This document shows, piece by piece, positions 1-10,237 of a stretch of DNA of 64,000 bases. A model generated the notes under the pieces. The model was given only the letters and a program-made list of their open reading frames with translations. It searched no databases and was not told the DNA's origin. How positions within the stretch are numbered: the stretch's first letter is position 1; every line of letters begins with the position of its first letter. A program made the translations under genes and the position numbers. The stretch is from Oscillospiraceae bacterium (GTDB lineage Bacteria > Bacillota > Clostridia > Oscillospirales > Ruminococcaceae), in NCBI GenBank assembly GCA_902779915.1, contig CACZDM010000006.1, positions 66-64,065 on the forward strand, written 5' to 3'.

Positions 1-127
1 GCGGCGCTTAAATTGGCTCCCCGCATGGTTTTTTTGGAACGCGATTGAGGGCGGCTTGAAAGAGACGGTTTTTAACCAAAGAGTCGGATATTTTAAGCAG
101 GAGCGATTGAGGGGACAAATCTAACCC
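1..127 (-). repeat. Foldback-element family, A-arm copy cut by the window edge; outer terminus at 111-127
   Basis: Reverse complement reads GGGTTAGATTTGTCCCCTCAATCGCTCCTGCTTAAAATATCCGACTCTTTG..., nearly identical to the start of the copy at 16965. Confidence 0.75.
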
Positions 128-160
128 TAATCTAAAATACAAATCGTATTTTTTAAGATT

Positions 161-215
161 GAGTTATGTTTGTCCCCTCGTCTTTGATAAACCCGCATTT
201 TTAAAAAAATATCAG
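161..215 (+). repeat. Short internally deleted fragment of the same family (terminus-like GAGTTATGTTTGTCCCC ... CAGACGCCAAA)
   Basis: Terminus-like 17-mer at 161-177. The end resembles the CTGACGCCAAA apex of the 16965 copy. It overlaps the gpsA stop codon. Confidence 0.4.
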
Positions 216-1234
216 ACGCCAAACCAAAATTTTTCCGACTCGTATTTTGAATGCCGGCTCATAAGGTGATTCAGCGCATCTTTAATGTTTCTTCCTTTAT
301 ATAGCACATTATACAGCTGGTCGGTTATCGGCATATACACGCCTTTTTCCCTAGACAGTTCGTATGCGGCTTTGGTTGCAAAATAGCCTTCAACCGTCAT
401 CCCAACTTCACTTAAAGCCTCATCCGCAGTTTTTCCTTGGCCAATCAAAATCCCAGCCCTCCTGTTGCGGCTGTGGACACTGGTGCATGTCACAATTAAA
501 TCGCCAATTCCAGAAAGCCCAGCAAACGTTTGACTTCTAGCTCCAAGAGCAACTCCAAGCCTTCCAATTTCGGCTATTCCGCGCGTCATCAAGGCAGCCT
601 TAGTGTTGTCTTTAAAGCCAAATCCATCGCATATTCCAAGCGCAAAGGCTATTATATTTTTTAAAGCGCCCCCGATTTCAACCCCAATTAGGTCATCATT
701 GACATATAATCTAAATATTTGAGAATTTAATACATCCTGGATTTTTTCAGCAACACTCAAACTCTCAGAAGCAACAACAACCGCAGTCGGAACAAGTCGC
801 GCTATTTCCTCGGCATGAGACGGCCCAGACAAAGCAGCAAACGAACAATTTCCAATCTCCTCACATATAACCTCGGACAGCCTTTTAAAAGTCTTTTGCT
901 CAAGACCCTTAGCGACGTTGACAACGATTGCTCCCTTTTTAACATACCCAGAAACTTGACGCGCAACCTCCCTGACATAGCTCGAAGCAGCCGCAAAAAT
1001 GACGACATCTGCAGAAGATATATCACAAGGATTTAAAGTTAGCTTGACACGGTCAGTGTCTATGACAACTCCAGGCAGGCATTTTTTATTTTCCTTATCT
1101 CTAATAATGCTCTGGATTTCAGCTTCAACCGCCGACCATAAAACAACATCACAATTTTCATATCCGCTGATCAACTTCGCCAAAGCTGTTCCAAAGCTCC
1201 CGGCTCCCAAAATAGCAATAACTCTCTTTTTCAT
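212..1234 (-). CDS. gpsA: NAD(P)H-dependent glycerol-3-phosphate dehydrogenase
   Basis: 340-aa ORF with N-terminal GAGSFGTA Rossmann motif; GpsA-like throughout; sits next to plsY. Confidence 0.9.
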   Translation of the reverse strand: MKKRVIAILGAGSFGTALAKLISGYENCDVVLWSAVEAEIQSIIRDKENKKCLPGVVIDTDRVKLTLNPCDISSADVVIFAAASSYVREVARQVSGYVKKGAIVVNVAKGLEQKTFKRLSEVICEEIGNCSFAALSGPSHAEEIARLVPTAVVVASESLSVAEKIQDVLNSQIFRLYVNDDLIGVEIGGALKNIIAFALGICDGFGFKDNTKAALMTRGIAEIGRLGVALGARSQTFAGLSGIGDLIVTCTSVHSRNRRAGILIGQGKTADEALSEVGMTVEGYFATKAAYELSREKGVYMPITDQLYNVLYKGRNIKDALNHLMSRHSKYESEKFWFGV

Positions 1235-1259
1235 ACACCAGCACCCTTTCGTTTTAATT

Positions 1260-1898
1260 TTAAACTCCGGTTCCGTTAATCAAGCGCTTTATGTTGGATC
1301 TGTGCATAAAAATAACCATAAAAGAAATGAAAATCGCCGCAACAATGCGAACAATAAATTCCCAAAACGAACTTCCAAAAATCAAATATTTCAAAAAAAC
1401 AAATATTGGATATGATATAGAGGCAAATATTGAACTCACGGAAACTATTTTAGAGATGAGAAAAACAATGCAAAAAACAAAGACAACAAGCAAAAAAACA
1501 GTCCAGTCTAGAATTAGCAAAACTCCAGCCGAAACCGCAACTCCTTTTCCCCCTTGAAATTTATAAAATATCGGAAAAACATGACCCATCAGAGCAAAAA
1601 CTCCAACCAAAATCCCCGAATATATCGGCGCTCTCACTTCAAACAAAACAAGAAACATAAAATCGCAAAAAACAATCGAAACTATGCCTTTGATAAAATC
1701 GCCTAAAAAAGTCAAAACAGCCGGCATCTTCCCGAACGTCCGCCAAACATTGGTTGTTCCCGCGTTGCTGCTCCCATATTCCCTTATGTCCCTGCCATAA
1801 AAAATTGTCGAAATCAAAATAGCAAAATCTACGCTACCAAGAAAATATCCCACCACACAAAAAACGGCAATGACAACTATTTCAGAATTAAAAAACAT
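1260..1898 (-). CDS. plsY: Glycerol-3-phosphate acyltransferase PlsY
   Basis: 212-aa polytopic membrane ORF with GSSNAGTTNV motif typical of PlsY. Confidence 0.9.
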   Translation of the reverse strand: MFFNSEIVVIAVFCVVGYFLGSVDFAILISTIFYGRDIREYGSSNAGTTNVWRTFGKMPAVLTFLGDFIKGIVSIVFCDFMFLVLFEVRAPIYSGILVGVFALMGHVFPIFYKFQGGKGVAVSAGVLLILDWTVFLLVVFVFCIVFLISKIVSVSSIFASISYPIFVFLKYLIFGSSFWEFIVRIVAAIFISFMVIFMHRSNIKRLINGTGV

Positions 1899-1906
1899 AT
1901 TTTCGA

Positions 1907-3229
1907 CTAATCCTCTTTTCTTCGCTCTCGAACAACTATTTTCATCGGAGTTCCAATAAATCCAAACGATTCACGAATTTGATTTTCTAAATATCTTTGA
2001 TATGAAAAATGAAATAATTCCTTTTTATTCACAAAAAAAATAAATGTTGGGGGGGCAACTGAGGCTTGCGTTATATAATATATTTTTAATCTGTGACCCT
2101 TATCCGACGGAGGCTGAACTCTTGAGATTGAATACGCAAGCATTTCATTTAAAGCGCCAGTTGAAATTCTCTTTTGGCTTTGCAAATAAACTTCATCAAT
2201 CAAGCTATATATTTGAGCTAACCTCTGACCAGTTTTGGCAGATATGTATATAAACGGAGCATATGGCATGAAAGAAAAGTCTTTTCTGAGATTTTTATTA
2301 AACTCATTCATCGTTTCGGAATTTTTTTCAACCAAATCCCACTTATTGACAGCAATTATTGAAGCTTTTCCCTTCTCAAGAGCATATCCAGCAATTTTTG
2401 ATTCCTGTTGAGCAAATCCCTCCAGAGCATCAATAACTATCAAACAAACATCCGCCCGATCAACCGCCATATGCGCCCGAATAACACTGTAGCGCTCGAT
2501 GTTTTGGGTTACCCTGGCTTTTCTTCTCATTCCAGCTGTGTCTATGAAAACATATTCTTTACCGCCGCGCCTAATAAAAGTGTCTATTGCGTCTCTTGTT
2601 GTTCCCGCAACGTCCGAAACAATAACCCTATCCTGGCCAACAAGCGCATTAATCAGGGAAGACTTCCCGACATTCGGCCTCCCAACAATCGCAATTTTAA
2701 CCCTATCTTCTAGAAAATCAGAATCCAACCCTTTTTTAAAATGTGATATAACCTCGTCAAGCAAATCTCCAACTCCATGCCCATGAACAGAAGAAACCGG
2801 AAACGGATCACCCTGCGCAAGGTTATAAAATTCATATAATTCAGCAGGAACATCACCAATGCTGTCACATTTATTGACACATAAAACAACGGGCTTTTTG
2901 CTTTTTTTCAACATGTTCGAAATTTCCAGATCTGAAGAATTAACTCCGCTTTTTATGTCAACAACAAAAACTATCACATCCGCATCAGACATTGCAAATT
3001 GCGCCTGGCTTTTCACTTGCTCAAAAATAAACCCGCCGCCATCTTCCAAGCCACCAGTATCGATCAGATTAAATTTAGCGCCCGCCCACTCGCCTTCAGC
3101 ATATATCCTGTCACGAGTCACCCCCGGAGCATCATCAACAATCGAAACGCGTTTTCCAACTATTTTGTTAAACAACGTTGACTTTCCAACATTCGGCCTG
3201 CCTATTATCGCCACAATCGGCATGGACAT
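1907..3229 (-). CDS. der: Ribosome-associated GTPase Der/EngA (two GTPase domains plus KH-like C-terminus)
   Basis: Two GRPNVGKS P-loops, DTAG/DTGG and NKxD motifs. Start moved to the ATG 8 nt after GGAGG (MSMPIVAIIG...). Confidence 0.9.
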   Translation of the reverse strand: MSMPIVAIIGRPNVGKSTLFNKIVGKRVSIVDDAPGVTRDRIYAEGEWAGAKFNLIDTGGLEDGGGFIFEQVKSQAQFAMSDADVIVFVVDIKSGVNSSDLEISNMLKKSKKPVVLCVNKCDSIGDVPAELYEFYNLAQGDPFPVSSVHGHGVGDLLDEVISHFKKGLDSDFLEDRVKIAIVGRPNVGKSSLINALVGQDRVIVSDVAGTTRDAIDTFIRRGGKEYVFIDTAGMRRKARVTQNIERYSVIRAHMAVDRADVCLIVIDALEGFAQQESKIAGYALEKGKASIIAVNKWDLVEKNSETMNEFNKNLRKDFSFMPYAPFIYISAKTGQRLAQIYSLIDEVYLQSQKRISTGALNEMLAYSISRVQPPSDKGHRLKIYYITQASVAPPTFIFFVNKKELFHFSYQRYLENQIRESFGFIGTPMKIVVRERRKED

Positions 3230-3328
3230 AACCATGACCTCCCAAATTATATGACACAATCATAAAAAATATCACTAAAAATGAAAAATGCGAAAACAGA
3301 CGAGGCCCCCTCGCCTGAACCATCCCCC

Positions 3329-3511
3329 CTAGGCTTCCTTTTTAACAACTTGAACGCCTTTATAGTAGCCACAATTTCCGCAAACCCTGTGGGGAAGTCC
3401 TAATTCGCCACATTTAGTGCATCTAGAAAAACCCGGAACAGCCAACTTCCAAACGTTAGAACGCCTTTTACCACGCCTTGCCTTGGAAGTTTTTCTCTTT
3501 GGCACTGCCAC
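3329..3511 (-). CDS. rpmF: 50S ribosomal protein L32 (Cys-containing, zinc-ribbon form)
   Basis: [19 protein letters not shown]-terminus and CxxC...CxxC. Confidence 0.9.
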   Translation of the reverse strand: MAVPKRKTSKARRGKRRSNVWKLAVPGFSRCTKCGELGLPHRVCGNCGYYKGVQVVKKEA

Positions 3512-3601
3512 TTCACAACGCCTCCTTTAAAAAATACTAAAAATCACATCAACGAAAAAAATCAAAAACATAAAAAATTCAAACAATGAATCTCCATAGC
3601 T

Positions 3602-3630
3602 ATTATATCACAACCCATAAAATTTGTCAA
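3602..3630 (-). promoter_or_regulatory. Sigma-70-type promoter for rpmF
   Basis: On the minus strand: TTGACA, 17 nt, TATAAT. The -35 overlaps the pgi stop codon. Confidence 0.5.
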
Positions 3631-4973
3631 GGTTTTTTTGAAATTAAATTCAAAATCTCATCGCGCATGTTTTCAAAACCAGGCTTTCCCAAAAGCGCAA
3701 ACATATTTTTTTTATATTTCTCAACTCCTGGCTGGTTAAACGGATTAACCCCCATCATATAGCCCGAAATCGCACATGCCTTTTCGAAAAAATATATCAA
3801 ATTTCCTATTTCAAACTCATTAATTGTTTCAAGCTCTAAAATTATGTTGGGCACTTTGCCTTCAGTGTGGGCAAGTGTTGTCCCCTCAAACGCCCTTCGA
3901 TTAACCTCACTCATATTTTGGTTCGCCAAAAAATTCAGCCCATCAAAATTGCCTCTGTCTTCATGAATATAAAAATCCTCTCTTGGCTTTTTAAAATCCA
4001 AAACCGTTTCAAAAATTATCTTAGAACCATCCTGTATATACTGCCCGAGAGAGTGAAGATCAGTTGAAAATATAGCCGAAGTTGGCAAAAGCCCCTTATC
4101 ATCCTTTCCCTCGCTCTCCCCAAAAAGCTGTTTATACCATTCCAAAAACGCCGTCATCGAAGGCTCATATGAAACAAGCATCTCGACCCGCTTTCCTTTG
4201 TTATATAAAATATTGCGAATCGCAGCATATTTATAGCAATCATTTTTTTCCAGGTCACAATCACAAAAACTCTCAACCGCCTCAGCCGCTCCAGACATAA
4301 CAGCGGATATGTCCAGCCCAGCGACAGCCATCGGAAGCAAGCCAACAGCTGTTAGAACAGAAAACCTTCCCCCGATGTCGTCTGGAATAACAAACTGCTC
4401 ATAGGAATTCCTCAAAGCGAGCTCTTTCAATTTTCCTTTATTTTTGTCAGTTGTGCAATAAATTCGGGACCTCGCCCCCTCAACGCCATATTTTTCCTCA
4501 AGCCAATTTTTAAACACTCGAAACGCAATCGCGGGCTCAGTTGTTGTCCCTGATTTCGAAATCACATTAACGCAAACGTCTTTCCCTTCACAAAGCCTCA
4601 AAATTTCATTAAAATATGTCGGGCTGATGCTGTTGCCAACAAAATAAACACGCGGCGCATCTGAACAAGTGAGATTATATAACTGGGAATTTATGGCTTC
4701 AATAACAGCTCTAGAGCCCAGATATGACCCCCCAATCCCAATAACAACCAAAACATCTGAATCTTGTCGTATTTTTTCAGCCGCAGCCTTTATCCTGCTA
4801 AGCTCACCCTTGTCATAATTTACAGGCAAATCAAGCCAGCCTAAAAAATCGCCACCAGCTCCCGACCTGCAAACCAATAATTCGTGCGCAGCCCTAACAA
4901 TCGGAAATATTTCACGCAATTCGCGTTCCGAAATAAATCCCTTCAAATAGCCCGAATTCAAACAAACCGACAT
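3627..4973 (-). CDS. pgi: Glucose-6-phosphate isomerase
   Basis: 448-aa ORF with the typical Firmicutes-type PGI length and motifs ([16 protein letters not shown]). Confidence 0.9.
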   Translation of the reverse strand: MSVCLNSGYLKGFISERELREIFPIVRAAHELLVCRSGAGGDFLGWLDLPVNYDKGELSRIKAAAEKIRQDSDVLVVIGIGGSYLGSRAVIEAINSQLYNLTCSDAPRVYFVGNSISPTYFNEILRLCEGKDVCVNVISKSGTTTEPAIAFRVFKNWLEEKYGVEGARSRIYCTTDKNKGKLKELALRNSYEQFVIPDDIGGRFSVLTAVGLLPMAVAGLDISAVMSGAAEAVESFCDCDLEKNDCYKYAAIRNILYNKGKRVEMLVSYEPSMTAFLEWYKQLFGESEGKDDKGLLPTSAIFSTDLHSLGQYIQDGSKIIFETVLDFKKPREDFYIHEDRGNFDGLNFLANQNMSEVNRRAFEGTTLAHTEGKVPNIILELETINEFEIGNLIYFFEKACAISGYMMGVNPFNQPGVEKYKKNMFALLGKPGFENMRDEILNLISKKP

Positions 4974-5084
4974 TTAAAATATCACTCTCAATTCCATCAT
5001 ACTGTCAAAGTTTAAAACCACCTGTCCCAATTATATCACAATTTTTTTTTAAGTCAAGCCATAAATTTTAAAAATTATTGAATT

Positions 5085-5532
5085 GGGTTATATTTGTCCC
5101 CTTGAGTTTTATTTCTTAAAATATCAGGCTCTTTATCTAAAATTTCAAACAATTTAAAATATCCTTGATCGCGTTTTAAAAAATAATGCAAAAGCAAGCA
5201 AACCGCCGCCAGCTCCTGGCTAACTGTAATATTAAATCCTCCTAAGCCTCCAAGCCATTTTGAAAATTTCCTTAACAAGCGGTAGGCTGGCGTCCTCAAG
5301 AAAGATCCAATTCAAGGCGTTTACCTACCACTTGTTATGGACATTTTAAAAAATCCGAGCATTTTTAATTGGGTTTGACCTGCGCAGTTGATGGTGAGCC
5401 GGCGGCGTTTTAGTTTATTTGATCGCTCGTTTTGGAATGTGTTTTTGAGGACAGTTTAAAATAGACGGAGAGTATTAAACTGGAAAGCCACCAACCTTGA
5501 GCAACGAAGCTTTATTGGAACAAATATAATTA
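5085..5532 (+). repeat. Full-length foldback element (A arm about 5085-5300, B arm about 5301-5532)
   Basis: GGGTTATATTTGTCCCC at the left end and GGAACAAATATAAT at the right end. The arms pair, e.g. CGCCGCCAGCTC with GAGCCGGCGGCG and AACAAGCGGTAGG with CCTACCACTTGTT. Confidence 0.8.
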
Positions 5533-5556
5533 ACAAACCAACATAAATTTTAAAAA

Positions 5557-6714
5557 TTAAATGGCCGTTCCATTAAAAAAATTATTGATCATTGAGGTTA
5601 AAAGGAAAACAAAATCAACTTTCCCAACGCCATCATCAGTCACTATATCGTACGAAGATATTTCCTCATCACCCAATAAATACACAACCCGCCCACAGCA
5701 CCTGCCCTCTTGAACAGGCGCCTCAACCGAGCTTTCAAGCTCCACTTTCTTTTCGACTTTTTTAGAGCTGCTTTTTGGGATCAACATAGGACCAGCCCCA
5801 TCAACTCTCAGCGCAACCGAATCCTTTTTCCCATTGACAACTTCTATCGACCCAGCTTCCATTTCATCCAAATTAGGGCTTAACAATTCCCAACCAGAAA
5901 ATCCATAATCAAGCAATGACCTGCACGAATCGAAACGGTCTTTTGAGGTTTCAGAGCCCATAGAAACCGCAATAAGCGTCATTTCTTTTCTTGTTGCAGT
6001 TGCGCAAAGACACGACCCAGCCAAGTCAGTCGTCCCAGTCTTTAAACCGTTGCACCCCTCGTAAAATCTGACCATTTTGTTGGTGTTGACTAACTCGGTC
6101 TTGCCATTTCTTAAATCATCCATATATTTTGAAGTATATTTAATAATTAATGGGTGTTTAATTAATTCTCTTCCCATTATGGCAATATCTCTTGCTGTTG
6201 ATAAATGCCCATCTGCATCCAGCCCGGAAGCATTGCAAAAATTACTCCCCGTCATACCTAACTCAGCGGCTTTTTGATTCATCAGCTCAACAAACTGCTC
6301 TTCGCTGCCGGCGATATGCTCAGAAATGGCAACAGCTGCGTCATTTGCGGAATTTATCGCCGTCGCTTTGAGCAAATCTTCAATCGACATCTGCTCCCCA
6401 ACGTCCAGCCAAACCTGCGATCCTCCCATAGAATTAGCATGTTTACTGGTTGTGACCATATCATCCATCGAAACTTCACCCAAATCGAGTTTCTCCGCAA
6501 GCAAAAGCATCGTCATTATCTTGGTTATTGAAGCAGGAGGCATCTTTTCATCAGCGTTTTTTTCCGCTAAAACTTTGCCTGTGTTGGCTTCAACTAAAAT
6601 ATATGACTTGGCGGGCAAATTTTCAATATTTTGACCTTCCGCTTGAACCAAACCATGAATTGACAACAAAAACACAAAAATTACAACAAAACACAACGGC
6701 TTTTTGGATAGCAT
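5557..6714 (-). CDS. Serine-type D-Ala-D-Ala carboxypeptidase (PBP5/DacF-like) with signal peptide
   Basis: SITK (SxxK) active-site motif after a signal peptide; S11 peptidase-like; C-terminal PBP5-type domain. Confidence 0.85.
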   Translation of the reverse strand: MLSKKPLCFVVIFVFLLSIHGLVQAEGQNIENLPAKSYILVEANTGKVLAEKNADEKMPPASITKIMTMLLLAEKLDLGEVSMDDMVTTSKHANSMGGSQVWLDVGEQMSIEDLLKATAINSANDAAVAISEHIAGSEEQFVELMNQKAAELGMTGSNFCNASGLDADGHLSTARDIAIMGRELIKHPLIIKYTSKYMDDLRNGKTELVNTNKMVRFYEGCNGLKTGTTDLAGSCLCATATRKEMTLIAVSMGSETSKDRFDSCRSLLDYGFSGWELLSPNLDEMEAGSIEVVNGKKDSVALRVDGAGPMLIPKSSSKKVEKKVELESSVEAPVQEGRCCGRVVYLLGDEEISSYDIVTDDGVGKVDFVFLLTSMINNFFNGTAI

Positions 6715-6810
6715 AAAACCACCTCTAGTTTAGTTAAATCAATGCCATTTTATGCCAAATATGCCAAAATATTCATAAAATTTATGTTAAAGAAAATATA
6801 AAATCAAAAA

Positions 6811-7653
6811 TCAATCGCTTTTTTTCAGTTTAGCAAAATAAAAAACTAAAAATATAACAACAAAAATCGCCAAAACAAAGTCCAACGTCACAAGATCAGA
6901 AACATTCAGATAATATTTTCGACTAAACCCGCGGCTAAAAGAAAATATATACCTTGGCAGCGCGCTGCAAAATATCAAACATGCTGATAAACATCCCGAA
7001 AAAAACATCTTGATGTTTGCGCCTCTGGATGAAAAACCGGCTAAAAACCTGCCCATATAGAACAAAAACACACATATCGAACATGTCTTTAAAACATTCA
7101 AAACATTCTCTTGAGTTGAAAACATCGCCATATGGTTTAAAAGCATTCCAATAAGCCGAAAAATCGCCCAAATTGCGGGCAAAAGCAACAAAACGTCCGC
7201 CGGACTCTCATCACTTCTCCTAAACCGATAGGCAAAATACAAAAATCCAAAAATCAAAATTAAATTCCCAACAAACAAAAGCGTCGGAACTATCGGATCC
7301 GTTGATTCGTAACCGCTAGTGATGTTGTCGCGCATTGCAAAAATAATCAAATATATCACAGAAAAAAACGCGCAAACAATCGACCCGAAGCTGAGGATCT
7401 TGTTGCTGCCGGGCTCATACGCATCAATCCCATCAGCAAAGTATGATGAAAAAGCCAGAAGCAAAGCCAAAAGACAAATTCCGCCAAAAAAGCAATAATT
7501 TAAATAGTCCGGCCCTTTATAAAACCCGGTCCGAAAGTCCATAAAATTCAAGATCTGATATGTTCGGATCGCAATTAATCCAACAGTGAACACAAGGCAA
7601 ATAATAAAATTTGAAAACAATGAAATTTTAAACGTTTTTTTCACTTTCAACAC
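6811..7653 (-). CDS. Polytopic membrane protein of unknown function
   Basis: 280-aa ORF with about 8 hydrophobic segments and no motif I recognise. The real start is probably the GTG at 7644, 8 nt after GAGG. Confidence 0.6.
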   Translation of the reverse strand: MLKVKKTFKISLFSNFIICLVFTVGLIAIRTYQILNFMDFRTGFYKGPDYLNYCFFGGICLLALLLAFSSYFADGIDAYEPGSNKILSFGSIVCAFFSVIYLIIFAMRDNITSGYESTDPIVPTLLFVGNLILIFGFLYFAYRFRRSDESPADVLLLLPAIWAIFRLIGMLLNHMAMFSTQENVLNVLKTCSICVFLFYMGRFLAGFSSRGANIKMFFSGCLSACLIFCSALPRYIFSFSRGFSRKYYLNVSDLVTLDFVLAIFVVIFLVFYFAKLKKSD

Positions 7654-7666
7654 CTCTTAGCAAAAA

Positions 7667-9040
7667 TTATCTTTCATTTAGTGGTTTATATTTCAAGGCT
7701 CTTTTTATTGATTTGTATGCAGGCCGAATTATCCTGCCGCCGGTTAAAAGCTCCTCCATCCTGTGAGCCGACCATCCCGCAATCCGCGCAGTTGCAAAAA
7801 GAGGCGTGTATAGCTCTGGCGGAATTCCAAGCATTTGATACACCAATCCAGAATACATATCAACATTTGCCGATATCACTTTAGAACCCTTCTTCTTTTG
7901 GGCAAAAACCTCAGGCGATAATTTTTCAATTTTGTCAATTAATTTAAACTGGGCTTCATATTCCGTCCCCTCGGCCAAATCCATAGCGCATTTTTTAAGT
8001 ATAACCGCCCTGGGATCGGATTTTGTATATACCGCGTGGCCCATGCCATATATCAGCCCCGAGCCATCTCCCGCTTTTTTATCCATTATTTTGCAAAGAT
8101 ATGACCGAATTTCATCCAAATCCTCCCAGTCACGAACTCCTTCTTGAATTTCTCGAAGCATAACCATAACCTTGCTGTTTGCGCCCCCATGTTTTGGCCC
8201 TTTTAAAGACCCGATCGCCCCCGCATACGCTGAATATGCATCCGTTCCGGTTGATGTCAAGCAACGGCATGTGAATGTTGAATTATTTCCGCCTCCATGT
8301 TCTGCATGAAGCATCAACATAACGTCTAGAAGGTGCGCCTCTTGTAAAGTATACTTTCTGTCAATTCTTAAAGTTGACAGTATACTCTGCGCAATACTTT
8401 CTTCTGGGTTTATCGAATGAATCACCAAACTCTCTTTGTCAAACGCTTTACATTTTGCATGATATGCGCAAATCATTATGTTTGAAAGCCGAGCTGTTAT
8501 TTCAATTGCTCTCCTGAGTTCCTGCTCAATAGTGATAACATCAGCATATTCGTCATAGGTATATAATGAAAGAAGCGAAGACTGCATCTTGTTCATTATG
8601 TTTCGCGAAGGACGCTTTAAAATGACATCCTCAACAAAACCCTCCGGCAGAGCACGATACATTGCTAGGACGGATTTAAAATAATTTATTTCTTCAATTT
8701 TAGGCAATTCTCCAAACAGTAATAAATATATCACTTCTTCAAATCCAAACCTGCCTGTGTCTATGCAATCATTAATTATGTCATTAATATTATATCCTCT
8801 ATAAATTAACTTGCCTTCTTCAGGTTTTTTCTCACCATCATCAATGACATATCCATGAACGTTGCATATCAAAGTCAGCCCCGCCAAAACCCCCGTTCCA
8901 TCAGCATTGCGTAGGCCCCTTTTGACGTCTAGAGTTGAATATAGCTCGGATTCTATGTGATTATTTTTCTTAAATTCTTTGCATAAAATATCTATGGCTT
9001 CCTTCTTTCGCGCCCCATAGTTTGGCACTTCATTTAGCAT
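7667..9040 (-). CDS. Citrate synthase
   Basis: HAEHGGGNNSTF and GHAVY motifs of the citrate synthase family. Start moved to the ATG 9 nt after GAGGTG. Confidence 0.85.
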   Translation of the reverse strand: MLNEVPNYGARKKEAIDILCKEFKKNNHIESELYSTLDVKRGLRNADGTGVLAGLTLICNVHGYVIDDGEKKPEEGKLIYRGYNINDIINDCIDTGRFGFEEVIYLLLFGELPKIEEINYFKSVLAMYRALPEGFVEDVILKRPSRNIMNKMQSSLLSLYTYDEYADVITIEQELRRAIEITARLSNIMICAYHAKCKAFDKESLVIHSINPEESIAQSILSTLRIDRKYTLQEAHLLDVMLMLHAEHGGGNNSTFTCRCLTSTGTDAYSAYAGAIGSLKGPKHGGANSKVMVMLREIQEGVRDWEDLDEIRSYLCKIMDKKAGDGSGLIYGMGHAVYTKSDPRAVILKKCAMDLAEGTEYEAQFKLIDKIEKLSPEVFAQKKKGSKVISANVDMYSGLVYQMLGIPPELYTPLFATARIAGWSAHRMEELLTGGRIIRPAYKSIKRALKYKPLNER

Positions 9041-9277
9041 TCTCCATACCACCTCAATTTTTAATATATTACAGTTTGTCTTTAAACAAATTCCAAATCA
9101 TATACTCCTTAATTATACACCACTAATTTCTAAAAGTCAAGAAAGATAGAATAAAGAGGATTTTTCGGGTTTTCAAACTGATGAAAAAAAACAACTATGT
9201 ATAATAAACAATATTCATGTCAAAAATATATATGCATACCAAAAGTCGAATTTATTGGAAGGGCTTTGAATTTACAT

Positions 9278-10237
9278 ATGAAAATCAATAAAATTTTAAT
9301 TACATCCATTTTTTTAGCATTAATTCCCACACTTGGCCTTGCATCGAAAAATAAAAATCAAGAATTAAATTTTTGGCCAAATGAAACAAAAATTTCAACT
9401 GAAACTGACGAAAATATGTTGAAAATGCCAGTGAAAATAAAAATAAATGACGAAATAATAGACGAAACTTTGGAAGAATATTTAATCGGAGTCGCAGCAG
9501 CAGAAATCTCTCCAACATACCACCCCGAAGCAATCAAAGCCCAAATCATCGCTGCCCACACATATGCCATAAACAGATACGGCCCAAGCGGTCCATATCC
9601 CGCAGACCCATCAATTTTTCAAGCATATCTAACAAAACAACAAAGACGTCAAAAATATCAGGATAATTTTGAAAAATATGAAAACATTTTAAAAAACGCA
9701 GCTCGAAGCGTCGCAAATAAAATAATAACATATGAAAATTTGCCAATAAAAGCCGCTTTCCACTCCATGTCGGCCGGAAAAACCGAAAGCAGCGCAAACG
9801 TTTGGGGAAGCGAAGTTCCATATCTGGTTGAAACAGACAGCCAATTTGAATCAAGCTTAAAAAATTTTCAAACAAAAATTTCAAAAAACATAGACGAATC
9901 TTTCAAAAAAATCAAACAAAAACACCCAAACGCGACCATGCCAAAAAATAGGCAAAATTCAATAAAAATCATCTCAAAAACCCCTGCGCAATATGTTAAA
10001 TCTGCACAAATTTTTGGCGTCGAACTCTCCGGAGCCCAAATCAGATCCGCGCTAAATCTGCCGTCCGCAAGCTTCGACGCTTCGGTTGAAAACCAAAACA
10101 TCATATTCACCTGCAAGGGAAACGGACATGGCGTTGGAATGAGCCAATGCGGCGCAAACCAACTGGCAGCCCAAGGGAAAACATGCGAAGAAATATTAAA
10201 ACATTACTATAAAGGCGTCTCAATCGATTTAATGTGA
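9278..10237 (+). CDS. spoIID: SpoIID/LytB-domain lytic transglycosylase (stage II sporulation protein D-like)
   Basis: Signal/anchor segment, then AAHTYA...FHS.SAGKTE...[10 protein letters not shown] motifs. Start set at the ATG at 9278 that precedes the signal peptide. Confidence 0.8.
   Translation: MKINKILITSIFLALIPTLGLASKNKNQELNFWPNETKISTETDENMLKMPVKIKINDEIIDETLEEYLIGVAAAEISPTYHPEAIKAQIIAAHTYAINRYGPSGPYPADPSIFQAYLTKQQRRQKYQDNFEKYENILKNAARSVANKIITYENLPIKAAFHSMSAGKTESSANVWGSEVPYLVETDSQFESSLKNFQTKISKNIDESFKKIKQKHPNATMPKNRQNSIKIISKTPAQYVKSAQIFGVELSGAQIRSALNLPSASFDASVENQNIIFTCKGNGHGVGMSQCGANQLAAQGKTCEEILKHYYKGVSIDLM

Noticed and set aside
161-240. Element fragment overlapping the gpsA stop codon. 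Has the insertion remodelled the GpsA C-terminus?
   Set aside because: The GpsA length (340 aa) is normal for the family and only the stop codon falls in the fragment. No evidence for a chimeric C-terminus can be drawn without orthologs.
5075-5299. ORFs of 60-74 aa inside the foldback elements (5075-5299 minus, 16974-17165 plus, 30505-30705 plus, 30707-30910 minus). Could they encode a small element protein or toxin?
   Set aside because: They lie on different strands and in different frames in different copies. Aligning the copies shows indels that are not multiples of 3 between conserved blocks, and in-frame stops appear in the 5085, 54722 and 61889 copies. None has an RBS. They are best treated as non-coding.
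9205-9245. Possible sigma-E-type sporulation promoter (ATATT ... CATACCA) upstream of spoIID
   Set aside because: The spacing between the two elements is about 17 nt, not the roughly 14 nt I recall for the Bacillus sigma-E consensus. The region is AT-rich, so the match is weak and is not listed as a feature.
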